Shown in pieces: positions 37,993 to 49,421 of a stretch of 64,000 bases of DNA; positions within the stretch are counted from its first letter, which is position 1; every line of letters begins with the position of its first letter. This stretch comes from Malacoraja senta (taxonomy: Eukaryota): assembly GCA_038087875.1 (NCBI GenBank), contig CM075978.1, positions 137,640,001-137,704,000 of the forward strand, read 5' to 3'. Made by a program: the position numbers and the translations under genes. The notes beneath the pieces are model-generated. The model did not search any database. It saw nothing but the letters and a program-made list of their open reading frames with translations, and was not told the DNA's origin.

Positions 37993-39580
37993 GACAGGAA
38001 TGAACGCTAAGGTTGGAGGCCAAAATGAGGGATATGAGGCAGTAATGGGAAAGCATGGAGTGTGGAAAATGAATGAAAATGGCAAGATGTTTGCTGAGAC
38101 CTGTGTTAACAATAACCTAGTGATTGGGGGAAGTGTATCCCCTCATAAAACAATCTACAAAACAACTTGGGTGTCATCAGGTCATGTCACAGAAAATCAA
38201 ATTGACCACATTTGTATTTGTAAAAAGGTCAGAAGCTCCATGGAAGATGTCAGAACAAGAAGAGGAGCAAACGCAGATTCAGACCACTACCTCCTGGTAG
38301 GGAAATTCAAGCTAAGGCTGAAGAGACACCACCAGGCTAAAAGCCAAAGAGCTAAATACAACATTGAATATCTCAGTAGTGCTCGTGGTGAAGAAGTTCA
38401 AGGATACCCTCTCAAGGGAAAACACAGAGCTGAGGCGGAGGAGGAAGGAAGGATGGACAATAAATGAGGAGTGGGAACACCTAAAAGCTGCTTGGAGCAC
38501 ATCCTGTGAGGAGGCCCTAGGGAGAAGGACCCAAAAGCACAAAGAGTGAATAACACCAGAAACCCTCAACACAATCCAACAGAGGAGAAATTTAAAGGAG
38601 AAAGTGAACAACTCAAGAACAAGAGCTGAAAAGGCTTTAGCCCAAAAGGAGTACAACATATGCCACAAAGAAGTGCGAAAGAACATCAGGAGGGACGAGA
38701 ACACAGGTGGAGAGGCTATCCAAAGAGGCAGAAATTTCGGCAACTCAAAGGAACATGAGGGAGTTATATACCATCACAAGCAAATTGTCCAGGATATATC
38801 TGCACAGTAATAAACCAATTACAGACAAGAAAGGTGAACTGCTTTCAACCCAGCTCGACAGATGGGTAGAACATTTTGAAGAAGTCCTAAACAGGCCACC
38901 ACTGGCTGTACAGACACATATTCCCAAAGCCAGGATACCACTACAAATTAAGTGTGACAGACCAACAAAATCAGAAATAAAGGCTGCAATCAAGCAACAG
39001 AAAACTGGCAAGGCTGCTGGCCCTGACAATATTCCACCTGAAGCCCTGAAAGTAGACACAGACTCATCAACTGACATGCTCTATGGGAGAATTTGGGAAG
39101 AGGAAAAGACACCCACAGAATGGGCAGAGGGATACATCGTGAAACTGCCCAAAAAAGGTGCTCTAAGAAAATGTGACAACTACCGAGGGATCACCCTACT
39201 TTCTGTACCCAGTAAAATTCTCAACCGGGTCATCCTCAACCGTCTTCAGGAAGCTGTAGACAAGAGGCTACGGGACCAGCAAGCAGGATTCAGGAAGGAT
39301 CGCTCATGCACAGACCACATAGCAACATTACGCATCATCATTGAGCAGTCTATTGAATGGAACACGTCCCTGTACATCAGGCACGTGCCGTCAGGGTAGG
39401 CAAGGTAGGCACTGCCTACCCTGACTAAAATTATAAAATGGTAATTACTAAATATAAATAGTAAAGTCATGGGAGAATTATGCCTATCTAAGAGATCGAT
39501 CTCTTAAGTAAGCATAATTCTCCGTGCCTTTCAACCGCAGCGCTTGCAGCATGCGAAGCTCTGTGCAGCCCACGTGCCAT

Positions 39581-39655
39581 CATATAACCATATAACCATA
39601 TAACCATAACAGCACGGAAACAGGCCATCTCGGCCCTTCAAGTGCGTGCCGAACG

Positions 39656-39701
<46 letters not shown>

Positions 39702-40786
39702 TTACTTCCCCCAAGTCCCATCTACCTGCACTCAGACCATAACCCTCCATTCCTTTCCTGTCCATATACCCATCCAATCTATTTTTAATGGATAACATCG
39801 AACCTGCCTCCACCACTTCCACTGGAAGCTCATTCCACACAGCTACCACTCTCTGAGTAAAGAAGTTCCCCCTAATGTTACCCCTAAACTTCTGTCCCTT
39901 AATTCTCAAGTCATGTCCCCTTGTTTGAATCTTCCCTACTCTCAATGGGAAAAGCTTATCCACATCCACTCTGTCTAACCCGCTCATAATTTTAAAGACC
40001 TCTATCAAGTCCCCTCTTAACCTTCTGTGCTCCAAAGAATAAAGACCTAACTTGTTCAACCTTTCTCTGTAACTTAGTTGCTGAAACCCAGGCAACATTC
40101 TAGTAAATCTCCTCTGTACTCTCTCTATTTTGTTGACATCCTTCCTATAATTAGGCGACCAAAATTGTACTCAATGCTCCAGAATTGGCCTCACCAATGC
40201 CTTGTACAATTTTAACATTACATCCCAACTTCTATATTCAATGCTCTGATTTATAAAGGCCAGCACACCAAAAGCTTTCTTTACCACCCTATCTACATGA
40301 GATTCCTCCTTCAGGGAACTATGCACAGTTATTCCTAGATCCCTCTGTTCAACTGCATTCCTCAATTCGCTACCAGTTACCATGTACGTCCTATTTTGAT
40401 TTGTCCTGCCGAGATGTAGCACCTCACATTTGTCAGCATTAAACTCCATCTGCCATCTTTCAGCCTACTCTTCCAAATGGCCTAAATCTCTCTGTAGACT
40501 TTGAAAATCTACTTCATTATCCACAACACCACCTATCTTAGTATCATCTGCATACTTACTAATCCAATTTTCCACACCATCATCCAGATCATTGATGTAC
40601 ATGACAAACAACAGTGGACCCAACACAGACCCCTGAGGCACCCCACTAGTCACCGGCCTCCAACCTGACAAACAGCCATCCACCATTACTCTCTGGCATC
40701 TCCCATTCAGCCACTGTTGAATCCATCTTGCTGCTCCACCATTAATACCCAACAATTGAATCTTCTTAACCAACCTTCCATGAGGA
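39581..40786 (-). mobile_element. CR1 (different subfamily) inserted in the hAT element
   Basis: [29 protein letters not shown]-like motif; (GGTTATAT)n tail; internal (TA)n at 39662-39696. Confidence 0.92.
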
Positions 40787-41049
40787 AGCGACATCAGCGC
40801 TGCTTCAAGCCGTCAGTTTCAAGGGGAGCTGAAGGCAGCTGAAACTCTGCCTTTGCTGTACTGTGCAGGCGCAGCAGCCTACTGCGCATGCGCAGTGCTA
40901 GTTTCTTGGCGGGTTTTTCAAATATGGATTGCCATTATCTGAAGTGTATCTTAGGAAACAAAGAGAGAAGAATGGAATTTGTATACAAATGAGGTGGTAA
41001 GTACATTTCTTGGTGCTATATGTTTTTAAATATCGTATTTCCAGGGGTG

Positions 41050-41745
41050 GGGGAGTTCCTTTCACAGCGTTTGGGGAGTCTGGCCCAGGGTAAAGTTGCG
41101 GGGAGGGCAGGAGTGTTGTGAAGGAGGGGGTCGGGAGCATGCCACTTGCGACGCTCCTTGCACGGAGGCGTGCAATGCCACCGCATTGAGGCCAGGGGGG
41201 AAAAGTAGCTCGGGTGGCTGTGAGCGGCCGGGCCGGACAGCGGAACCAGCTGCCACCTTAGCTCCTTCTGCCGGCCCCCGCTCATCTCGGGCAGCTCTCC
41301 GTCTAAAAACCTCTCTCCTACCGCTCGCTGGCCTTACTCATGTTAGCTGCTTCCTGCAAATCCTTAAATTCCGACAGCACGATTGAGGTTACTCAGTTGT
41401 GGGAATTTAAGGATTTGCGGGAAGCTACTGACATGAGTGAAGCCGGCGAGCGGCAGGTGAGAGGTATTCAGACGGAGAGCACTGCCAGAGGTGAGCGGGC
41501 CGGCAGAAGGCGCTGAAGTGGCAGCCAATTCTGCTGTCGGGTCCCAGCGACCGCTCGCAGCCACCTGAGCTGCTTCTATCCCCGGCTACAATGCGGTGGT
41601 GCCCGGAGCCCGGAGCGCCGCGGCAGCGGTGAGTGAGTGAGTTACTGGCATTATCCCTGACCCCCTCCTTCTCAAAACTCCTGCCCTCCCCGCAACTTTA
41701 CCCCTGGCACAGACTCTACACACGCTGTGAAAGGAACTCTCCCCC
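41050..41745. repeat. Long imperfect inverted repeat inside the hAT element
   Basis: Left arm GAGTTCCTTTCACAGCG..AAATCCTTAAATTCC mirrors right arm GGAATTTAAGGATTT..CGCTGTGAAAGGAACTC; loop ~41377-41397. Confidence 0.9.
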
Positions 41746-44189
41746 CAATTGGTCCCTTGAACAAGTGTTGTTATTCAATAAGATGACAACTGATTCAACT
41801 TTTCCCTGTACTCCTTTTTTTCCCCACCTTCTCTCCACCTGCCATCACCCTTCACCCATTCAGTAATTCAGAATAAAGGAGACTTGGAAGCCTTGGGAAA
41901 ATTTAATTGTTATTGTCTTTATTTTTATTTTTTATTTTTCTGGAGAGAACAATCTACGCATGCGCGGTTTAAGTTTTTTTTTTTAAAGCCGACTGACTGC
42001 CTACCCTGAGTAATCACTCATGGCACGTGCCTGCTGTACATCAACTTCATCAACTTTGAGAAAGTGTTTGACAGCTTAGACAGGACAACATTATGGCGCC
42101 TAATGGACCACTATGGCATTCCTACCAAGATCATAAACTTAATCAAGAACTCGTATGATGGAGCCTCATGCAATGTTATGCATGCAGGCCAGCTCTCTTA
42201 GCGCTTTAGTGTCAGGACGGGCGTAAAACAGGGATGTCTATTGTCACCATTCCTGTTCCTCCTGGCAATTGATCATGATGGAAACAACGGAAGGGAGAAG
42301 AAATGGAATTCAGTGGACAATGTGGGAGCAACTAGATGATCTTGACTTTGCAGATGACATAGCTCTCCTTTCACACACACAGATACAAATGCAGGAGAAG
42401 ACGGACAGACTCTCACAAGCTGCTACAAAACTTGGTCTTACACCCAATACAGCAAAGACACAGGTGATGCAGATCCACTCCAAAACCAGCAACCCTATCC
42501 TTATGCACAGCACTGCTCTAGAGGAGGTAGAAACATTTACATACCTAGTCAGTGTTGTGGACATCACCGGAGGGGCAGAGGCAGAGATAAAAAGTAGAAT
42601 CAATAAGGCTAGGGTGGTGTTTAACATGCTCAGGAAGGTCTGGAGCTCAAAACACATCTCAATCAACACAAAAATACGCATATTTAACTCAAATGTGAAA
42701 GGTGATGCTGTATGGATCAGAGACATGGAAAACATCAACACACACTACAAACAGGCTGCAAACATTCACTAACACCTGCCTTAGGAGAATACTTAACATC
42801 TGGTGGAGAGACAAAGTAAGCAATGTGGACCTGTGGAAAAGAACAAGCCAGGAGCCCATTGACTTACAAATTCGAAGGAGAAAATGGAGTTGGATTGGAC
42901 ACACCCTCAGGAAACCTGCCACAAACATCACCCGGCAAGCCCTGAAATGGAACCCCCAAGGAAAAAGGAAAAGAGGTTGCCCCAGGAACAGCTGGAGAAG
43001 AGGTGTCCAGACAGAAATGTCTGAGAGTGGGCTCAACTGGGGAGATCTCGAAAGAACTGCCAACAAGCGAGTGAGGTGGAGGACATTTGTCAATGACCTA
43101 TGTATGCTCCCTAGAGGAGCAAAGGGCTTAACAAGAAGGAGACAGGAAAGAAAGATGGATGGATGGACAAAAGCTTAAACTCTCTGGATAATGCAGAGAA
43201 AGAGAAAAGGAGGCGGGTTAGGGGGAATATGGGTCATCGAAATCAACAGGTCTGCAAAGGCAACAGGAATAATTGCTATAATAGCAGGGAAGATTCTTCT
43301 AATACAGAAGCAAACAAGTTATGATTTATGTTTATAGAGTTCTGTGGTTAGATCATAACTGAAGGGGTTTTATTTCTGGGCAAAAACTTGGAGTCACAAG
43401 AAAAGGTGCCACGTGTGCTGGGCAGACACCTTGTATGGTAGCATAGATGACAAATTGGGACTGATGTATACAAAAAACAGATTTAAGGGAGATAATTATG
43501 AATGGTTTTGATAGATGAAATTTAAAAGGACTATTTTTAGTGGCAGACGGAACAACAAGTTTTTTTTACCACAGTAACGTGATCTGAAAAGCACAACTTG
43601 AAAAGATGGAGATTCAATAATACAAGCGAAATGAATAACTAATTGATAGAAAGTAATTGCATTGCTTTGGGTAAGGAAGGGCACATTGCACCACATGGAT
43701 ATCCCTGTCAAAGAGCTGGTGCAGATACTTTATGAAGAAGATATCCTTTCGTGCAATGTGACTGACCTATGAGCCCAAAATTCATTCTGCACTTGGTCAT
43801 CTATTGAAATTTAGGAAAAGCTTTGAATGAAAATATTTGAATTACACTCCACAGACCTCGGTAATAAAAAAATACGATTTAATTAAAGTTGAGAGAAAGA
43901 AATTTAGTTGAGGTGCAATATCATGCTTCTCCTAAAATATAATTTACTGAATTTGTGAATAATTTCCATTGTAGAGAGTACTTTCTCTAGGGAGATACAT
44001 TCAGGACTGTTTTATTTTGCCATCTTTTGGGGTTGCACTTCCCAAGCTTGGAGGAACAGTTAAACTCTTCCCATGGTTTTGGCCTTGTGAGACAATGAAA
44101 CATTATCAACCCCAGCAGAAAAAAGCTGGTAAATGGGCAATTATAGTAACCTCATGTCTGACCTGCCAATTTCTGTGTGAATGCTACAG

Positions 44190-44490
44190 GCACAGTATGG
44201 AATCTGGCCCATTGGCCAGTTGCAGTTCATGCTGACTATCGATCCCCCATTTACTCAAGTTCTGTGTTATCCCACTTTTGCATCCAATCTCTACACACTG
44301 GGAGCGATTCACCTGCAGACTCACATGTCTTTCAGATGTGGGAGGAAACTAGAGCACTCAGAGGAAACCCACGCGATCACAGGGAGAATGTGCAAACTCC
44401 GCACAGACAGCACGCGAGGTTAAGATTGAACCCGGCCTCTGGTGCTGTGAGGCAACAGCTCTTCCAGCAGCATCATCACTCTGCCACCCT
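44190..44490 (-). mobile_element. Degraded HE1-type SINE
   Basis: GTGGGAGGAAAC, GATTGAACCCGG, GTGAGGCAAC motifs. Confidence 0.7.
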
Positions 44491-45321
44491 ATAATCATGT
44501 TATAACGTTTTTTTCTGAGCAGGCAGCCTTTTATATCTGAGGGAAGGGATCAGAGTGCCATTCTACAATCAGTCTGAATGGGGAAATCATTGCATGGATA
44601 ATGGGAGGAGGATCATGAACTAGAAGATGCTATTTAACAAAATATATATTACTATTGTCTTCAAGTCAAGTCAAGTCAAGTGAGTTTATTGTCATGTGTC
44701 CCTGGTAGGACAATGAAATTCTTGCTTTGGGGAAAATGTCTTTGGGGAAAATGTCAGATCTCCTATGCACTCTTCCTTCTTCTGAACCCCCTCACAAAGA
44801 TCCTCAACACCACAGGTTAACTGAGAGTTGATGGTCAGTAACCTCATACCCACCCCTAAACTAGACTGCAAATACTGTGGGTAGGAAATGGCCCAGATTG
44901 AATGCACAGTGTGAAGAGTCAACGGTAGATTAATTCAGACAATTTACATACTTTATATCGTTGCACAAATATGAAGTCATCTCTGTTAAACAGCAAAACG
45001 TCATTGCTATCACTAGAAAATGGAATACTTAGTAAATGAAATGAAAGTCCTCTCTTGGGATCTTTTTTCAAGCTAATATGTGATTTTATTTCTATTAAAT
45101 ATAACCCATGAATGTTTAATGAGTGACATGATTAGATTGGTTCTCTATTCTTGGAAATGCTTGTTTAATGTTGAGCCTTATCGTGGTTTTAGTTAATTCC
45201 AGATTGAGACAGTTGTCACGTTAAGTTGTAGAAAATAGTTGCCTCGTTTCATCTTAGATTTATTATTATCCCTGATTTTTCTTTGAACATTTGTCCCTCT
45301 CCATCAGCAGTGACTGACTCC

Positions 45322-46157
45322 ACAGGGTACAGAGAAGATTTACGAGGATGTTGCCAGGATTAGAGGGTCTGAGCTATAGGCAAAGGTTGAGTAGGCTAGG
45401 ACTCTATTCCTTGAAGCGCAGGAGGACGAGGGGGTGATCTTATAGAGGTGTATAAAATCAACAGAGGAATAGATCAGGTAGATGCCCAGAGTAGATGAAT
45501 CGAGGACCAGCGGACATAATAATAATAATAATAATAATGGATTGGATTTATATAGCGCCTTTCTAACACTCAAGGCGCTTTACATCGCATTATTCATTCA
45601 CTCCTCAGTCACACTCGGTGGTGGTAAGCTACTTCTGTAGCCACAGCTGCCCTGGGGCAGACTGACGGAAGCGTGGCTGCTAATCTGCGCCTACGGCCCC
45701 TCCGACCACCACCAATCACACACATTCACACACATTCACACACACATTCACACGCAGGCAAATGTGGGTGAAGTGTCTTGCCCAAGGACACAACGACAGT
45801 ATGCACTCCAAGCGGGATTCGAACCGGCTACCTTCCGGTTGCCAGCCGAACACTTAGCCCATTGCGCCATCTGTCGCAATTTAAGGTGAAGGGGAAAAGA
45901 TTTAATAGGAATCTGTTGGGTAACTTTTTCACACAAAGGGTGGTGGGTGTATGGAACAAGATGCCAGAGCAGGTAGTTGAGGCAGGGACTATCCTATTGT
46001 TTAAGAAACAGTTAGACAGGTACATGGATAGGTCAGGTTTGGAGGGATTTGGACCAAGCACAGGCAAGTGGGACTAGTAAGGCTGGGTCATTGTTGGCCA
46101 GTGTGGGCAAGTTGGGCCGAAGGGCCTGTTTCCACACTGTATCTCTCTATGACTTTA
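45322..46157 (+). mobile_element. CR1 3' fragment interrupted by a SINE
   Basis: ..GGACATAAT|TTAAGGTGAAGG rejoin; NFFTQRVVGVWNKMP. Confidence 0.85.
45521..45877 (-). mobile_element. tRNA-derived CORE-SINE with L2-type tail (AFC-like)
   Basis: TGGCGCAATGG A-box, GGTTCGAATCC B-box, CORE-like GTCCTTGGGCAAGACACTT, (TGTGAATGTG)n, tail AAAGCGCCTTGAG..AAGGCGCTATATAAAT, (ATT)n. Confidence 0.85.
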
Positions 46158-47922
46158 TGAATGTCAGCAACCACCACAGCCTCTGAGGATAAGAAGACCT
46201 AAGATGCACCACTCTGATTGAACAAAAATTGCCTATCCCTTGGTTTGAGATTGTGATTCCTAGTTTTAGTCTTCTGAAACATGGGGAAACATGCTCTTCA
46301 ATTCGGTACTATTGAGCTCTAATAATTGTTCTATGTTTTAATAAGCTCACCTTTCCTAAATCCTCTCCTCAATCTCCCCTTGTTTGTCTGAAATCAAGTC
46401 TGCTAAACCTTTCCTGCACCATGTACGAAAATTATTCCCCTTTTTAGATGAGGACACCAAATTATACATATGATTTCTTTTGTGTTCGTTTTCTAGGTCT
46501 GCACAAAACTTGAGAGTCTTCAATTTACAACAGAAGTCTTTAATGCTTTATTCAATGCTGGCAGCAAGACAACTCAAAATGGCTGCGCGCACACACAGAC
46601 AGGAGAGAACTATATACAAAACATCTCCCTTTGTCCTGTGCAGTGCCACCAGCTGCATGGGAAGAGCAACGGGTCCTCCCACCCCACATAGTCCACCAAA
46701 CATCACATTCCCTCTTTCAAGTTTGAATGTCTACATTTAGCTGGACCTCGCTTTACCCTTTTTTTCTCAGCCTTTTTTGCATTTCACAACTCTTACTAAA
46801 GGCTCAGAATCAACAGAGTTTTCCTCAGTGTTCTCTTTTGAAGAAATATCAGTATTTGCTTTATCTGTATGCTGTTCTTTCTCCACTTGGCTGTAGTTTT
46901 TCTTGGCGGTCATCAGCGTTTTGGATGCGAACGCAATTGGTTCTTCCTTGCCTTTCTGCGCCGTTTGTGAGATTACTGCTCCAAGACCAGACGGCGATGC
47001 ATCGGCGGCCAGCGAGCTCGGCTTCGATGGGTCATAGTGGACCAAATACGTCTTCTGGGCGAGCATCTCCTTCAACCTGGTGAATGCATGGTCACATTCT
47101 TTGGACCAGTGCCATTCGATGTCCTGTTTTCGCAGGTTGTTCATGCACTTGATGACCATGTTGCAATCCATGGTAGATGACTATGCTATAGTTGATCCAT
47201 CGCAGATCAAGGCGTTCATGTCAAGCTTGAAAGCATGGATCCAGTCGATGGCGCACAGGGATGTACCTTCTTTACCAACGATGATCAGCGGCAACATCTG
47301 TGTCATACCATTACAGGAAACGGCGACAGTGCATTTGCCTTTCGTGGGAATGGGCTGTCGTCCGTATCCAAAAAGGCAGATGTTGGCCCGTTTCAGTTTC
47401 GGTGATCCGATCCTCTCCCAGATGTCCTGACCCACTAGCGACACAGCCGCACCAGTGTCCACCTGGAACTGTAGATCGACGTTCGAGACCCGCAGCAAAA
47501 TCCTCGGCTTGTCGGTGATCGTAGACACCCCGAGCACTTCAATAGAAATAGTCTTCGCGATTTGGTCGACTGTGTTTTGTGCTTTCTTGCCCTTTCTCAG
47601 CTTTCCTACGGATTAACACACTGCCTGGAGATGACCTTTTCGGTAACAGGCATAACAAATGGACTTGGTATACGGGCACTCACAGTGATGATGAGTAGTT
47701 GAGCCACACGGGTAGCAGGGTTTTGATCCTCCCCCCCCCACAGGGGAACGGCTCTTCTGAAACTGTCCCACCTTGCTCTGGGTCGATCAACTGGTTTCTG
47801 GCGTTGCGGACGAGTCTGACGAACTGCGGGAGTTTCGACGCTGTTTCACCAGCCATTTTGTGCAGTTCTTTACTCAGCAGCTCGGCCAGCTTAGCACACT
47901 GCAGCACATTCTTCAATGAGGC

Positions 47923-48000
47923 TACACAAAAATGCAGGAGAAACTCAGCGGGTGCAGCAGCATCTATGGAGCGAAGGAGATAGGCAACTTCTTCAGACCA
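47923..48000 (-). mobile_element. 78-bp pLTR-derived insertion in Gypsy gag
   Basis: Perfect 15-bp TSD ATTCTTCAATGAGGC (47908-47922 / 48001-48015); insert resembles ACACAAAATGCTGGAG..CTCAGCGGG..GCAGCATCT unit. Confidence 0.88.
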
Positions 48001-48545
48001 ATTCTTCAATGAGGCATCAGATTCCTTGAGAATCGCCTGCTGGATGAATGCGTGCCTGCAGCCCATGACCAGTCTATCCTGCAATGCATTGTCTTAGCAC
48101 TTTTCGCAGCATTGAGTTTTAAAATCACATGCCTTTGCATTGGTGCGAAGTTCGGCAAGAAATTCGGTGATCGATTGCCCTTCCTGTTGCACCGTCCGGT
48201 AAAAATCAAGGCGAGCTGCGAGAAAATTTAGACTTTCTTTGAAATGCAGTTGCAAAGCCGTTGTGATTTCAGCATATGAGGCTTCAGTTACTTCTTCTGT
48301 AAGTAAATTTTGAAGCAGTGCAAAAGTTTCTGGAGACATTGATGAATACAAGAGAGCCTTCTTCCTCTGGTCAGTCATAATTGCCATACTTTCAAAATAA
48401 AACTCAGCCCGCATTAAATACGACGACCACCTTTCTCACTCGGGATTGAAATGATCGAATTGCCAAGACATGTTAGTTTGAGTTCCATTTAAAAAAAAAT
48501 TAAAAAAATAGGCTCTTATCTGGGTCTTTGGACGCAATCCGAAGT

Positions 48546-48563
48546 ATCCCACTTCTGACACCA
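48546..48563 (-). promoter_or_regulatory. Primer binding site, tRNA-Leu(CAA)-type
   Basis: TGGTGTCAGAAGTGGGAT one base after the 5' LTR; complementary to the vertebrate tRNA-Leu 3' end as I recall it (ATCCCACTTCTGACACCA). Confidence 0.85.
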
Positions 48564-48948
48564 CTTTCGTGTTCGTTTTCTAGATCTGCACAAAACTTGA
48601 GAGTCTTCAATTTACAACAGAAGTTTTTAATGCTTTACTCAATGCTGGCAGCAAGACAACTCAAAATGGCTACACACACACAGACAGGAGAGAACTATAT
48701 ACAAAACATCTCCCTTTGTCCTGTGCAGCGCCACCTGCTGCACGGCAGGAGCAACGGGTCCTCCCACCCCACACAGTCCACCAAACATCACAATTTCAAT
48801 TATAGTCTCATCGAAGCTCTGTATAATTGTGGTATTGGTTTTCGAGTCCTACCTTATCTTTAAATAAGAGCTTGAACCATTGTAATTACCATAGCTAAAG
48901 CCTTCATCATGCTTTTGCCTTGCTTCAGAACTGCCAATCATGTTTTCT

Positions 48949-49067
48949 CATTCCTTCTCTCCAGAGACCCATTCCTTCTCTCCAGAGATGCTGCCAGTCC
49001 CGCTGAGTTAATCCAGCTTTTTATGTCTATCTTTGGTTTAAACCAGTATCTGCAGTTCCTTCCTACA
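48949..49067 (+). repeat. pLTR-derived repeat with small tandem duplication
   Basis: CATTCCTTCTCTCCAGAGA twice, followed by GATGCTGCC..CCCGCTGAGTTA. Confidence 0.75.
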
Positions 49068-49239
49068 CGTGTCTTCTCCTGTGCTGTCCTGCTCATCCAT
49101 AAATTCTGTTCTCTGCTTGCTCCTGAAACATCTTTCCCTTTATGCCTAAACTCCCCCATGCCTTTCCACACATATCATAGTTATCTTTACTGCTGTTTCT
49201 GTTCTGCAGAATACTCTGTTCCTTCTGGGCTAGTTCCGG

Positions 49240-49421
49240 ATAGTTGAGGCAGGGACTATCCTAACGTTTAAGAAACTGTTAGACAGGTACATGGATAGGA
49301 CAGGTTTGGAGGGATATGGACGAAACGCGGTCAGGTTCAACTAGTGTAGCTGGGACATGTTGGCCGGTGGGCAAGTTGGGCCGAAGGGCCTGTTTCCATG
49401 CTCTATGACTCTATGACTATG
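49240..49421 (+). mobile_element. CR1 3' end
   Basis: Closely matches 45973-46157; (CTATGACT)n tail. Confidence 0.8.

Larger units (their letters stand above)
39378..42033. mobile_element. Non-autonomous hAT DNA transposon
   Basis: TIR CAGGCACGTGCC; perfect 8-bp TSD CTGTACAT (39370-39377 / 42034-42041); subterminal CAGGGTAGGCA; excision restores RTE frame TSLYINFINFEKVFDS. Confidence 0.93.
38001..43139 (+). mobile_element. RTE-clade LINE, 5'-truncated, interrupted at 39378-42033
   Basis: APE C-term NAKVG..TWVS..NQIDHI..SDH; RT GKAAGPD, NYRGITLL, QAGFRKDRSC, DFADDIALL; WNPQGKRKRG; 9-bp TSD AGACAGGAA (37992-38000 / 43140-43148). Confidence 0.93.
46478..48792 (-). mobile_element. Internally deleted Gypsy LTR retrotransposon
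   Basis: LTRs 46478-46707 and 48565-48792; 5-bp TSD ATTTC; gag, CYACYRKGHLQAVC zinc knuckle, protease VDTGAAVS, RNaseH ADAS..PIAFAS..YSQVEKE; PPT AAAGAGGGAA; RT core and integrase absent. Confidence 0.95.
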
